This document shows, piece after piece, positions 17,678 to 25,684 of a stretch of DNA of 37,594 nt. Source of the DNA: Clostridia bacterium (GTDB lineage: Bacteria > Bacillota > Clostridia > UBA1381 > UMGS1253); assembly GCA_045532715.1 (NCBI GenBank), contig JAZSGM010000125.1, positions 1 through 37,594 of the forward strand, written 5' to 3'. Under the pieces are notes generated by a model, which made no database searches, was not told the origin of the DNA, and saw only the letters and a program-made list of their open reading frames with translations. The number at the start of each line of letters is the position of its first letter. Position 1 is the stretch's first letter. A program made the position numbers and the translations under genes.

Positions 17678-18324
17678 TGTGTCATCTTCTCCTGCTTTAC
17701 CTTATGGTCGATTACATGGCGACCTGCAAGCTCGCGGTGAATGTCCTCGAGCGAGATGCCCATTTCAATCATAAGCACCATCACATGATATGCAAGGTCT
17801 GCAATCTCGTAAATTGTTTCCTTTTTATCGTCTGCCTTGCCGGCGATAATCACCTCAGTGCACTCCTCGCCGACCTTCTTCAAAATCTTGTCGATGCCCT
17901 TTTCAAACAGAAAGGTTGTATAAGAGCCTTCCTTTTTCTCAATCTTTCTGCCAACCAGCATCTCCATCAAGCCCTCGAGCGTAAACTCATGCAGCTCTTC
18001 GCTTTCCCAAACCGGATTGGTAAAGCAAGAATCTGTTCCCTTATGGCAGGCAGGCCCCGTCTTTTCCACAACAACCACAAGCGCATCATTGTCGCAATCC
18101 GCCGTAATAGATACGATATTTTGCACATTGCCGCTGGTTTCGCCCTTGCGCCATAATTCCTGACGCGAACGACTCCAAAAGCACGTTCTGCCTTCCTTTA
18201 TCGAAATTTCAAGGCTTTCTTTATTCATATAGGCAACCGTCAGCACCTTTTTTGTGATGGCATCCACCACAACTGCCGGGATTAAGCCCTTTTCATCAAA
18301 TTTCAGTTCATTTATGTTTAACAT
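17674..18324 (-). CDS. hisIE: Bifunctional phosphoribosyl-AMP cyclohydrolase / phosphoribosyl-ATP pyrophosphatase
   Basis: 216 aa. HisI part (WSRSRQELWRKGETSGN...DCDNDAL...GPACH) fused to a HisE part (EECTEV...ADLAYHVMVL). Confidence 0.9.
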   Translation of the reverse strand: MLNINELKFDEKGLIPAVVVDAITKKVLTVAYMNKESLEISIKEGRTCFWSRSRQELWRKGETSGNVQNIVSITADCDNDALVVVVEKTGPACHKGTDSCFTNPVWESEELHEFTLEGLMEMLVGRKIEKKEGSYTTFLFEKGIDKILKKVGEECTEVIIAGKADDKKETIYEIADLAYHVMVLMIEMGISLEDIHRELAGRHVIDHKVKQEKMTQ

Positions 18325-18337
18325 TTTGTCTTCCTCC

Positions 18338-19096
18338 TTACAAGCGCATATCTATGCCGCTGTTGCGCAGCGTCTGCTTTAAGTCGCTGATTTTTACTTC
18401 ACCAAAATGAAAAATCGAAGCCGCAAGCCCCGCATCCACCTTCGGCAGCGTTTTAAACAGCGTCACAAAATCTTCGATGCACCCTGCACCGCCAGATGCA
18501 ATGACCGGCACATCCACCGCATTACATACGGCATCAAGCATTTCCAAGTCAAAACCCTGCTTTACGCCATCGGTATCAATCGAATTTAAAACGACCTCAC
18601 CTGCGCCGTTGCCAACACAGCGGCGAATCCATTCAATTGCTTCCATACCGGTGTTTTCTCTGCCGCCCTTGGCAAACACACGAAATACGCCGTCTACGCG
18701 TTTTACGTCTGCAGAAATTACAACGCATTGATCGCCATAGCGTTTAGCTGCTTCATAAATCAAGTCCGGATTTTTAATTGCGCCGGAATTGACGCTGACC
18801 TTATCTGCGCCGCATTTTAATACGCGGTCAAAATCATCTACGGTATTGATACCGCCGCCGACCGTGAGCGGAATAAAAATGGTGCGCGCAACCTCGCAGA
18901 GGATGTCCGTAAACAGCGCGCGCCCCTCCGCAGATGCGGTGATATCATAAAACACCAATTCATCTGCGCCGTTATCACTGTAGTATTTTGCAAGGCTGAC
19001 CGGATTGGACACATCGTTTAAGCCTTCAAAATTCACACCCTTGACCACGCGTCCGTTCTTCACATCCAGACAAGGAATAATTCTTTTGGTTATCAT
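18338..19096 (-). CDS. hisF: Imidazole glycerol phosphate synthase, cyclase subunit
   Basis: 252 aa. MITKRIIPCLDVKNGRVVKG..., TVGGGI, SIDTDG, ASGGAG. Confidence 0.95.
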   Translation of the reverse strand: MITKRIIPCLDVKNGRVVKGVNFEGLNDVSNPVSLAKYYSDNGADELVFYDITASAEGRALFTDILCEVARTIFIPLTVGGGINTVDDFDRVLKCGADKVSVNSGAIKNPDLIYEAAKRYGDQCVVISADVKRVDGVFRVFAKGGRENTGMEAIEWIRRCVGNGAGEVVLNSIDTDGVKQGFDLEMLDAVCNAVDVPVIASGGAGCIEDFVTLFKTLPKVDAGLAASIFHFGEVKISDLKQTLRNSGIDMRL

Positions 19097-19806
19097 TTCG
19101 CCACCTCAATTGCCTTTTTCAAATCAATCGCTTTTGTATAATACGCTTTTCCGATAATCGCACCGTAGATATCGAGCGCCGCAAGCCGCTCTACATCCTC
19201 GATGGAGGATACGCCACCCGATGCAACAATCTGCATAGCAAACTGTTCGCTGAGCTGACGGTACAGCTCGTGGTTGGTACCCATCATTGCGCCGTCCTTG
19301 GAAATATCGGTGCAAATCAAGGTTTTTACGCCGATTTCCTGCATCTTTTTACAAAAATCAAAACATTCGTATTCGCTTTTTTCTATCCAGCCCTTAATGG
19401 CTACATAGCCGTCCTTAATATCGGCACCGACCGCAATCTTTTCTCCGTATTTTTCAACGGCGCTGCGCAAAAAAGCTTCATCCTGCACCGCCGCCGTTCC
19501 CAAAATTACGCGGTCAATCCCGGCGGAAATGTACTTTTCAATCGTTTCCATACTGCGGATGCCGCCGCCGATTTCCGAAAACAGACCTGTTGCGGAAATA
19601 ATCTTTTTTACGGTCTCCAGATTTGGCGTATCACCGTTTTTTGCACCCTCCAAATCCACAATATGAATATGTGTCGCCCCCTGCGCTTCAAAATCCAATG
19701 CGATTTCCCAGGGCTTGTCACTGTAGACGGTCATTTGGTCGTAATCGCCCTTAAACAAGCGCACTGCCTTACCGTCGTATAAATCTATTGCCGGAAAAAT
19801 ATGCAT
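19093..19806 (-). CDS. hisA: Phosphoribosylformimino-AICAR-ribotide isomerase
   Basis: MHIFPAIDLYDGKAVRL... is the typical HisA start. GAGG lies 6 nt before ATG 19806 (an alternative ATG is at 19812). The track ORF extension up to 19965 is Arg-rich, has no RBS and overlaps the hisH 3' end, so I judge it non-coding. Confidence 0.85.
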   Translation of the reverse strand: MHIFPAIDLYDGKAVRLFKGDYDQMTVYSDKPWEIALDFEAQGATHIHIVDLEGAKNGDTPNLETVKKIISATGLFSEIGGGIRSMETIEKYISAGIDRVILGTAAVQDEAFLRSAVEKYGEKIAVGADIKDGYVAIKGWIEKSEYECFDFCKKMQEIGVKTLICTDISKDGAMMGTNHELYRQLSEQFAMQIVASGGVSSIEDVERLAALDIYGAIIGKAYYTKAIDLKKAIEVAK

Positions 19807-19949
19807 AATCATCCTCTTTTCAACATTGCAGTTTTTGTAAATAAGTTGCCTTAACACCGACCGAAGAAAATTTTCGCAGATTGTGCGCAAGCGCGATTGC
19901 CGCGTACTACGTGTACGCAAGCGAGCGGGCGCGCATAAGATGCGGAAAT

Positions 19950-20561
19950 TTAATCGGTCGTACAAAATGCTCTTAAAATATTTAACCCAACATTCCCGCT
20001 TTTCTCAGGATGAAATTGGCATCCGTAAACATTACCATTTGCGACTGCCGCGGTCAAATCCGCACCGTATTCTGCCGTTGCGATGGTGCTTTCATCGCAG
20101 TTTGCACCGTAGAACGAGTGCACAAAATATACATAGTCGCCATCCTCCAGATAGCGGAACAGCTCGTTTTCTTTTGTAAACTTTAACGCATTCCAGCCGA
20201 TATGCGGCACCTTCAGTCCCTCGCCGATAACCTCGCGAATCGAACGGATTTCGCCCGGAATTAAGCCAAGTCCCTCATGCTCGCCATATTCATAGCTTTT
20301 GTCGAACAAAAGCTGCATCCCAAGGCAGATGCCCAAAAGCGGTTTGCCGCCCTTTGCCTCTTCAATCACAATCTTGTCAAGACCGCTCTCACGCAGCTTT
20401 GCAGCCGCATCACCGAACGCGCCAACGCCCGGCAATATAATTTTGTCAGCGGCGCGAATCACCTCTGCCTCCCCGGTTACAACCGCTTCGGCGCCGATGG
20501 CCGCCAGCGAGCTTTTCAGGGAAAACAGATTGCCTACACCGTAATCTATAATTGCTACCAA
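19950..20561 (-). CDS. hisH: Imidazole glycerol phosphate synthase, glutamine amidotransferase subunit
   Basis: VAIIDYGVGNLFS..., catalytic GICLGMQ, and HSF...FHPEKS. Preferred start is TTG at 20561, with AAGGAG 8 nt upstream and 1 nt after the hisB TAA. The longer track ORF would overlap hisB by 50 nt. Confidence 0.85.
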   Translation of the reverse strand: MVAIIDYGVGNLFSLKSSLAAIGAEAVVTGEAEVIRAADKIILPGVGAFGDAAAKLRESGLDKIVIEEAKGGKPLLGICLGMQLLFDKSYEYGEHEGLGLIPGEIRSIREVIGEGLKVPHIGWNALKFTKENELFRYLEDGDYVYFVHSFYGANCDESTIATAEYGADLTAAVANGNVYGCQFHPEKSGNVGLNILRAFCTTD

Positions 20562-20562
20562 A

Positions 20563-21153
20563 TTAAAGCACTCCTTTTGTGGACGGAATTTCATTTGCCG
20601 CATCTGCATCAATCTTTACGGCTGCGCGCAGACTTCTTGCAACCGACTTAAATGCACCCTCGATGATATGATGTGCATTTGTGCCTGCCATCTGCTTTAT
20701 ATGCAAGGTCACCTCTGCATTGCGTACAAAGCCGTACCAGAACTCTTCAACCAGCTCTGTATCAAAACTGCCGACCTTTGCCGTTGGAATTTCAAGTCCA
20801 TAGGCAAGATAGCTTCTGCCCGAAAAATCCACCGCGCTTAGCACAAGTGCTTCATCCATCGGCAAAAGCATACTGCCGTAACGCACAATACCGCGTTTTT
20901 CGCCGAGTGCCTCAGCAAACGCCTTGCCCAGGCAAATGCCGATATCCTCTGCCGTGTGGTGATCGTCGACATAAGTATCGCCCTTGCAGATCAGATTCAA
21001 ATCAAATCTGCCGTGCTTTGCAAACAGCGTCAGCATATGGTCCAAAAAGCCACAACCGGTATCAATTTCACTTTTACCCGTACCGTCAATATTGAGTTTC
21101 AACGCAATATCCGTTTCCGCAGTTTTGCGGTTGATTTCACTTGTACGCAGCAT
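20563..21153 (-). CDS. hisB: Imidazoleglycerol-phosphate dehydratase
   Basis: 196 aa. RKTAETDI..., DHHTAED, and GTNAHHIIEAxFKxxARxL-type motifs. Confidence 0.95.
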   Translation of the reverse strand: MLRTSEINRKTAETDIALKLNIDGTGKSEIDTGCGFLDHMLTLFAKHGRFDLNLICKGDTYVDDHHTAEDIGICLGKAFAEALGEKRGIVRYGSMLLPMDEALVLSAVDFSGRSYLAYGLEIPTAKVGSFDTELVEEFWYGFVRNAEVTLHIKQMAGTNAHHIIEGAFKSVARSLRAAVKIDADAANEIPSTKGVL

Positions 21154-21155
21154 AA

Positions 21156-22217
21156 TTATTCCTCCAAAATCTTTTTTATCTCCGAAATCAGGCTTTCCAT
21201 CTGCGCTTTTGTTCCTATAGTGATGCGGTTAAAGTCGCTGATTTCCTTTTTATCAAAATGCCGCACCAGAATGCCGGCATCCTTCAATTTCAAATATAAA
21301 TCCTTGCCGTCAATCCCCGGATGCTTTGCAAACACGAAATTTGTTTTGCTGTCCAAAACTGTAAAGCCCAAATCACGGAGCGCGCTTGTTGTATACGCAC
21401 GGTTTTCGATGATGGTCTTGCAGTTTTGCATATTGTATTCGTCATCTTCAATGCAGCCAAGACCTGCCGCCTGCGTCATGGAATTGACATTGTACGGATT
21501 GGTCGAATACTTAATCGTATTCAAATCCGCAATCAATGCTTTACAGCCCACGCCGAAGCCGAGACGCGCACCCGCCATCGAGCGGGACTTGGAAAACGTC
21601 TGTGTCACGAGCAGGTTGTCATATTTGTGAATCAAATCCACGCAGCTCTCGCCACCGAAATCGACATAGGCTTCGTCGACAATGACAACATTATCCGGAT
21701 TGTTTTTAATGATTTTCTCAATCTCCGCCTTTGGCAATGCAATGCCCGTCGGCGCATTCGGATTGGCAATCACGATGGTTTTACCGACGCCGATGTAATC
21801 ATTTACATCGATTGTAAAATCACCTTTAAGCGGGATTTCTTCATATGGAATACCGTTCAATGCCGCAAACACCGGATAAAACCCATAGGTAATGTTTGCA
21901 AATACAGCCGGATGCGTTTCGTCGCAAAAAGCCAGAAACGCGAAATTTAAAATCTCGTCCGATCCGTTAGTTAAAAGCACTTCATCAAAGTCTACGCCGA
22001 GACGGTCTGCCACCGCCTGCGTGAGTTTCTTTGCCGTCGGATCACAGTAAAGCTGCATATTTTTTGCAGCCTCCGCCGCATACGCCTGTGCCTTCGCACT
22101 CGGCGGAAACGGCGAGTCATTTGTATTTAATTTTATATAGCTTTTCATCTGTCGCGGCTGCTCACCCGGCGTATACGGTACCAGGCCGGCATGCCTTGCA
22201 CTGAAAAATCTGCTCAT
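21156..22217 (-). CDS. hisC: Histidinol-phosphate aminotransferase
   Basis: Class II aminotransferase with the PLP lysine region TFSKSRSMAGARLG. ATG 22217 has GAGGAG 8 nt upstream. The track start at 22226 is a GTG overlapping the hisD stop. Confidence 0.9.
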   Translation of the reverse strand: MSRFFSARHAGLVPYTPGEQPRQMKSYIKLNTNDSPFPPSAKAQAYAAEAAKNMQLYCDPTAKKLTQAVADRLGVDFDEVLLTNGSDEILNFAFLAFCDETHPAVFANITYGFYPVFAALNGIPYEEIPLKGDFTIDVNDYIGVGKTIVIANPNAPTGIALPKAEIEKIIKNNPDNVVIVDEAYVDFGGESCVDLIHKYDNLLVTQTFSKSRSMAGARLGFGVGCKALIADLNTIKYSTNPYNVNSMTQAAGLGCIEDDEYNMQNCKTIIENRAYTTSALRDLGFTVLDSKTNFVFAKHPGIDGKDLYLKLKDAGILVRHFDKKEISDFNRITIGTKAQMESLISEIKKILEE

Positions 22218-22222
22218 TTGTT

Positions 22223-23497
22223 TCACTCCTCGAAACGGATGGTTGCACTCTTAGCATGGGCGGTTAAACCTTCCTTTTCCGCAAAATATGCCACATCCTC
22301 CGCCACACGGGCAAGTGCATCTCTTGTATAGTAGGTGTACTGTGTTTTTTTCACAAAATCATCCACCGACAATGGGCTCGAAAACTTCGCCGTACCGCAG
22401 GTTGGCAAGGTGTGATTCGGACCGGCAAAATAGTCACCGAGCGCCTCCGGACAATTTCTGCCCATAAAGATGGAGCCGGCATGACGGATGCTGTCCAAAT
22501 AGTCAAACGGATTGTCCACACAAAGCTCCAGATGCTCCGGCGCAATATCGTTTGCAATCTCAATGGCGCGCATCAAAGTATCCGCTACAATGATTTTGCC
22601 GTTGGTATCAATCGAAACTCTTGCAATCTCTGCGCGCGAAAGCTGCGGAATCTGCGCTTCAAGCTCTGCCTGCACAGCCTTTGCAAGTTCTATACTGTCT
22701 GTTACGAGCACAGCGCTTGCCATTTTATCATGTTCTGCCTGAGAAAGCAAGTCCGCCGCAACATGCTTCGGGTTAGCTTTGCCGTCTGCCAGAACCAATA
22801 TTTCACTCGGGCCGGCAATCATATCAATAGAAACTGCACCGAATACCTGCTTTTTCGCTTCTGCAACATACGCGTTGCCCGGACCGACAATCTTATCCAC
22901 CTTCGGCACACTCTCCGTGCCGTAGGCAAGCGCGGCAATCGCCTGCGCCCCGCCGAGCTTAAAGATTTTATCTACGCCGGCAATCGAAGCCGCCGCCAGA
23001 ATCACCGGATTGATTTTACCGTCCTTGCCCGGCGGAGAAACCATAACCACCTCGCGCACGCCGGCAATTTTTGCCGGGATTGCATCCATCAGCACCGTGG
23101 ATGGGTACGCTGCCGTGCCGCCCGGTACATACAAGCCCGCGCGATCCACCGGAATGACCTTCTGTCCGATAACAATACCGTTTTCATCATTGATGATAAA
23201 GCTGGTACGCACCTGCTTTTCATGAAATTTGCGGATATTTGACGCCGCCTTTTCCAGAATTTCAATAAATTTCGGTTCCACCGATGCACGCGCCTGCGCA
23301 ATTTCCTCTTTTGTTACCGCAAGGCTTTCAAGCTTTGCACCGTCAAACTTCTCACAGTATGTCAAAAGCGCCTTATCGCCATTTGCTCGCACGTCTGCGA
23401 TAATTTCACTGACTGTTTTTTCCACGCCCTCACTTGAGGTCGAGCGGATAAATATTTCACTGTGGTCAATCTGACCGTATTCTAAAATGCGAATCAT
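22223..23497 (-). CDS. hisD: Histidinol dehydrogenase
   Basis: 424 aa with the SQAEHD and GDYxAGPNHxLPT motifs. ATGA overlap with the hisG stop. Confidence 0.95.
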   Translation of the reverse strand: MIRILEYGQIDHSEIFIRSTSSEGVEKTVSEIIADVRANGDKALLTYCEKFDGAKLESLAVTKEEIAQARASVEPKFIEILEKAASNIRKFHEKQVRTSFIINDENGIVIGQKVIPVDRAGLYVPGGTAAYPSTVLMDAIPAKIAGVREVVMVSPPGKDGKINPVILAAASIAGVDKIFKLGGAQAIAALAYGTESVPKVDKIVGPGNAYVAEAKKQVFGAVSIDMIAGPSEILVLADGKANPKHVAADLLSQAEHDKMASAVLVTDSIELAKAVQAELEAQIPQLSRAEIARVSIDTNGKIIVADTLMRAIEIANDIAPEHLELCVDNPFDYLDSIRHAGSIFMGRNCPEALGDYFAGPNHTLPTCGTAKFSSPLSVDDFVKKTQYTYYTRDALARVAEDVAYFAEKEGLTAHAKSATIRFEE

Positions 23498-24123
23498 TTT
23501 TCTGCCTCCACCTGTGCGCTGAGACTGCTTAAAATATCCTGCATCAGCGCATTTTTGAATTTAAAACTCGGCTTGTTTGCTATCAGCCTTGCGCTGATGG
23601 GCATAATGCTTTCAAAAACTTCAAGGTTGTTTTCCTTTAAGGTCGAGCCGGTTTCCACAATATCTACAATCACATCGGACAAATCCAGAATCGGCGCAAT
23701 CTCAATAGAACCGTTCAAATGGATAATATCAATATCTCTGCCCTGCGATGCATAATATGTTTTAGCAATATTGGTAAATTTCGTCGCTACTCGCAGCGTC
23801 TTTTCCGGGTTGTCGCGAAAACCCTTCTTTGCAGCGACCGCCATACGGCATTTGCCCAAATCCAGATCCAAAAGCTCATACACGTCCGGTGCATACTCTG
23901 CCAAAATATCCTTGCCGGCAACACCAATGTCCGCCGCGCCACGCTCAACATAAATCGCTACATCAGACGGCTTTACCCAAAAGTAACGCACCTGCTTTTC
24001 TTCATTTTCAAAAATCAGCTTGCGTCCCGGCTCATGAATGGCAGGACACTCATAGCCTGCTTTTTCAAACATGGCATATACTTTTTCGCCGAGTCTGCCC
24101 TTCGGCAGTGCAATATTAAGCAT
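23494..24123 (-). CDS. hisG: ATP phosphoribosyltransferase, short (HisZ-dependent) form
   Basis: MLNIALPKGRL... About 209 aa with no C-terminal regulatory domain, consistent with hisZ being adjacent. ATG 24123 overlaps the hisZ end by 8 nt (the track TTG start is at 24132). Confidence 0.9.
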   Translation of the reverse strand: MLNIALPKGRLGEKVYAMFEKAGYECPAIHEPGRKLIFENEEKQVRYFWVKPSDVAIYVERGAADIGVAGKDILAEYAPDVYELLDLDLGKCRMAVAAKKGFRDNPEKTLRVATKFTNIAKTYYASQGRDIDIIHLNGSIEIAPILDLSDVIVDIVETGSTLKENNLEVFESIMPISARLIANKPSFKFKNALMQDILSSLSAQVEAEK

Positions 24124-25234
24124 TGTTTTCAAGAATCTCCAGTCCCTTCTCCTGCAATTTTAAAAGCTGCTTATATTGCAGTTTTTCCGGCATGGCGCCG
24201 GTCGCCAGCACACGTTTGCCACCCGCGGTCATCAATCGCACCGCCGCGCTGATGGCTTGTGCATCTGCACCCTCGTCATACAAAATCACGGCGTCCACAT
24301 CATATTTCTTTTCCTCATTTTGCAGGCGCTCTAACATATCCAGATACACCGCAAAACCGATGGCACGTGCTTTTCTGCCCATTTTCTGCATCAGCTTATC
24401 ATACTCGCCGCCGGAAAGAATGCCGGTCGGAATCCCTTTGACAAACCCACAGAACACTATACCGTTATAATAGCTTTGGTTATTAATCACAGAAAAGTCA
24501 ACATACACATTTTCTGCACAACCGTTCGCCTCTAAAAACGCCGCCATGCGCTCCAATTGCAGAATTGCTGCACTCATTTTTTCGCTGACGGACAGCTTTT
24601 TTAATGCAGGCAGTACCTCTGTAAGTCTGCCATACGTGGATGCAAGGCTCTTTAAAAGCATACCGTCTGCACCGGCTTCTGCACAAATCTGATCAATGCC
24701 GTGCAGATTCTTTTCCCCGATTTTTTCCAAAAGTGCCTTTTTTTCTTCTGCGCCGACGCCTGTCGCCTCAATGGCCTCGGACACAATATCCATATGGGAT
24801 ACGTCCAGAATATAATTCTCGGAAATGCTTGCCAGGCTCTGCGCCGCGAGCATTACAGTTTCAAAAATGCAATAGTCATCTACGGCACCGATGCACTCCA
24901 GGCCCACCTGCATAATTTCCTGAAATGCATTGTTTTTCTTGGAAACGCGATATACATTTTCATTATAGTATACCTTTTGTACGCTGCCTGCCACATCCTT
25001 GCCGTTTTTTATAATCGAAAGTGTCACGTCCGGCTTTAAAGCGAGCAGCTTACCGTCCGTATCGGTAAAGGTAATAATATTGTCCGATACGAGGTAATCT
25101 TTATTGCGTACATACAAATCGTACGCCTCAAACTTGCTCATTTTATATTGCGAATATCCGTACAGGGTGTACAGTGCACGCAAGTCAAATATTGCTTTTT
25201 CTTCGTTTTTTAACACGCTGCGGTTAAGCTCCAT
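24116..25234 (-). CDS. hisZ: ATP phosphoribosyltransferase regulatory subunit (HisRS paralogue)
   Basis: 372 aa with a class II aaRS-like fold lacking an anticodon-binding domain. Sits directly upstream of the short hisG. Confidence 0.85.
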   Translation of the reverse strand: MELNRSVLKNEEKAIFDLRALYTLYGYSQYKMSKFEAYDLYVRNKDYLVSDNIITFTDTDGKLLALKPDVTLSIIKNGKDVAGSVQKVYYNENVYRVSKKNNAFQEIMQVGLECIGAVDDYCIFETVMLAAQSLASISENYILDVSHMDIVSEAIEATGVGAEEKKALLEKIGEKNLHGIDQICAEAGADGMLLKSLASTYGRLTEVLPALKKLSVSEKMSAAILQLERMAAFLEANGCAENVYVDFSVINNQSYYNGIVFCGFVKGIPTGILSGGEYDKLMQKMGRKARAIGFAVYLDMLERLQNEEKKYDVDAVILYDEGADAQAISAAVRLMTAGGKRVLATGAMPEKLQYKQLLKLQEKGLEILENNA

Positions 25235-25235
25235 C

Positions 25236-25526
25236 CTACTTTTCCTCCTTCAGGCGCTCCAATGCTGTCTTATAGCCGTCGTTGCCGTAAATCAGACATT
25301 TATTTACCCGGCTGATGGTTGCAGTGCTTGCACCTGTCTTTTTGGAAATTTCAAGATAGCTGATATTTTGACTCAAAAGCTCTGCCACCTCTAAGCGCTG
25401 CGAAATATCCTGAATTTCCTTAATGGTGCAAATATCTTCAAAAAAGCTGTAGCACTCCTCTAAATCCTTTAAATTTAAAATGGCTTGAAACAAGCGGTCT
25501 ACCGCCTCTGTATGCAGGTTTTTCAT
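25236..25526 (-). CDS. yerC: TrpR-related YerC/YecD-family DNA-binding protein, first cistron of the his operon
   Basis: 96 aa. LFQAILNLKDLEECYSFFEDICTIKEIQDISQRLEVAELL...TGASTATISRVNKCLIYGNDGY is the characteristic YerC/YecD signature. The stop is 1 nt from the hisZ ATG. Confidence 0.8.
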   Translation of the reverse strand: MKNLHTEAVDRLFQAILNLKDLEECYSFFEDICTIKEIQDISQRLEVAELLSQNISYLEISKKTGASTATISRVNKCLIYGNDGYKTALERLKEEK

Positions 25527-25560
25527 CTCCGATGCATCTCCTTTAATTTAACATAGTAGT

Positions 25561-25589
25561 ATTTTACCACGCTAAACTGCGAAAGTAAA
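25561..25589 (-). promoter_or_regulatory. Candidate sigma-A promoter of the yerC-his operon
   Basis: Minus strand: TTTACT (25589-25584), 17 nt spacer ending in extended -10 TGg, TAAAAT (25566-25561). The leader to ATG 25526 is only about 27 nt. Confidence 0.45.
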
Positions 25590-25629
25590 GTCTTTTTTAT
25601 ATAAAGTATATATTTTTGTGAGATTCCAT

Positions 25630-25670
25630 AAAAAACAGACCGAAAACCCAGCGGTTTTCGGTCCTTTTTA
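25630..25670. terminator. Bidirectional intrinsic terminator after the GH20 gene
   Basis: Perfect 11-bp stem GACCGAAAACC (25638-25648) / GGTTTTCGGTC (25653-25663) with loop CAGC. Flanked by an A-run upstream and a T-run downstream. Confidence 0.85.
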
Positions 25671-25684
25671 AGCTTTTTCACAAA

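Noticed and set aside
19870-19877. The same 8-mer (GCGAAAAT / ATTTTCGC) as the AraC/GH30 operator candidate also occurs in the hisH-hisA spacer
   Set aside because: About one chance occurrence of any 8-mer is expected in 37.6 kb across both strands, so this is not evidence of a shared regulator.
19813-19965. Upstream extension of the hisA ORF (MYDRLNFRILCAPARLRTRSTRQSRLRT...)
   Set aside because: It is Arg-rich and non-homologous to HisA, and it overlaps the hisH stop. A GAGG RBS precedes the internal ATG that gives the canonical MHIFPAIDL start.
20562-20612. Upstream extension of the hisH ORF (MMQMRQMKFRPQKECFN)
   Set aside because: It would overlap hisB by 50 nt. A TTG with an AAGGAG RBS right after the hisB stop gives the canonical VAIIDYGVGN start.
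22412-23242. 276-aa ORF on the + strand
   Set aside because: It is antisense to hisD. It is Arg/Cys-rich and has no translation signals.
25527-25629. Possible T-box, riboswitch or leader peptide upstream of the his operon
   Set aside because: Only about 100 nt separate the upstream terminator from the yerC ATG, and the predicted leader is about 27 nt. I see no specifier or T-box motif and no His-codon-rich mini-ORF.
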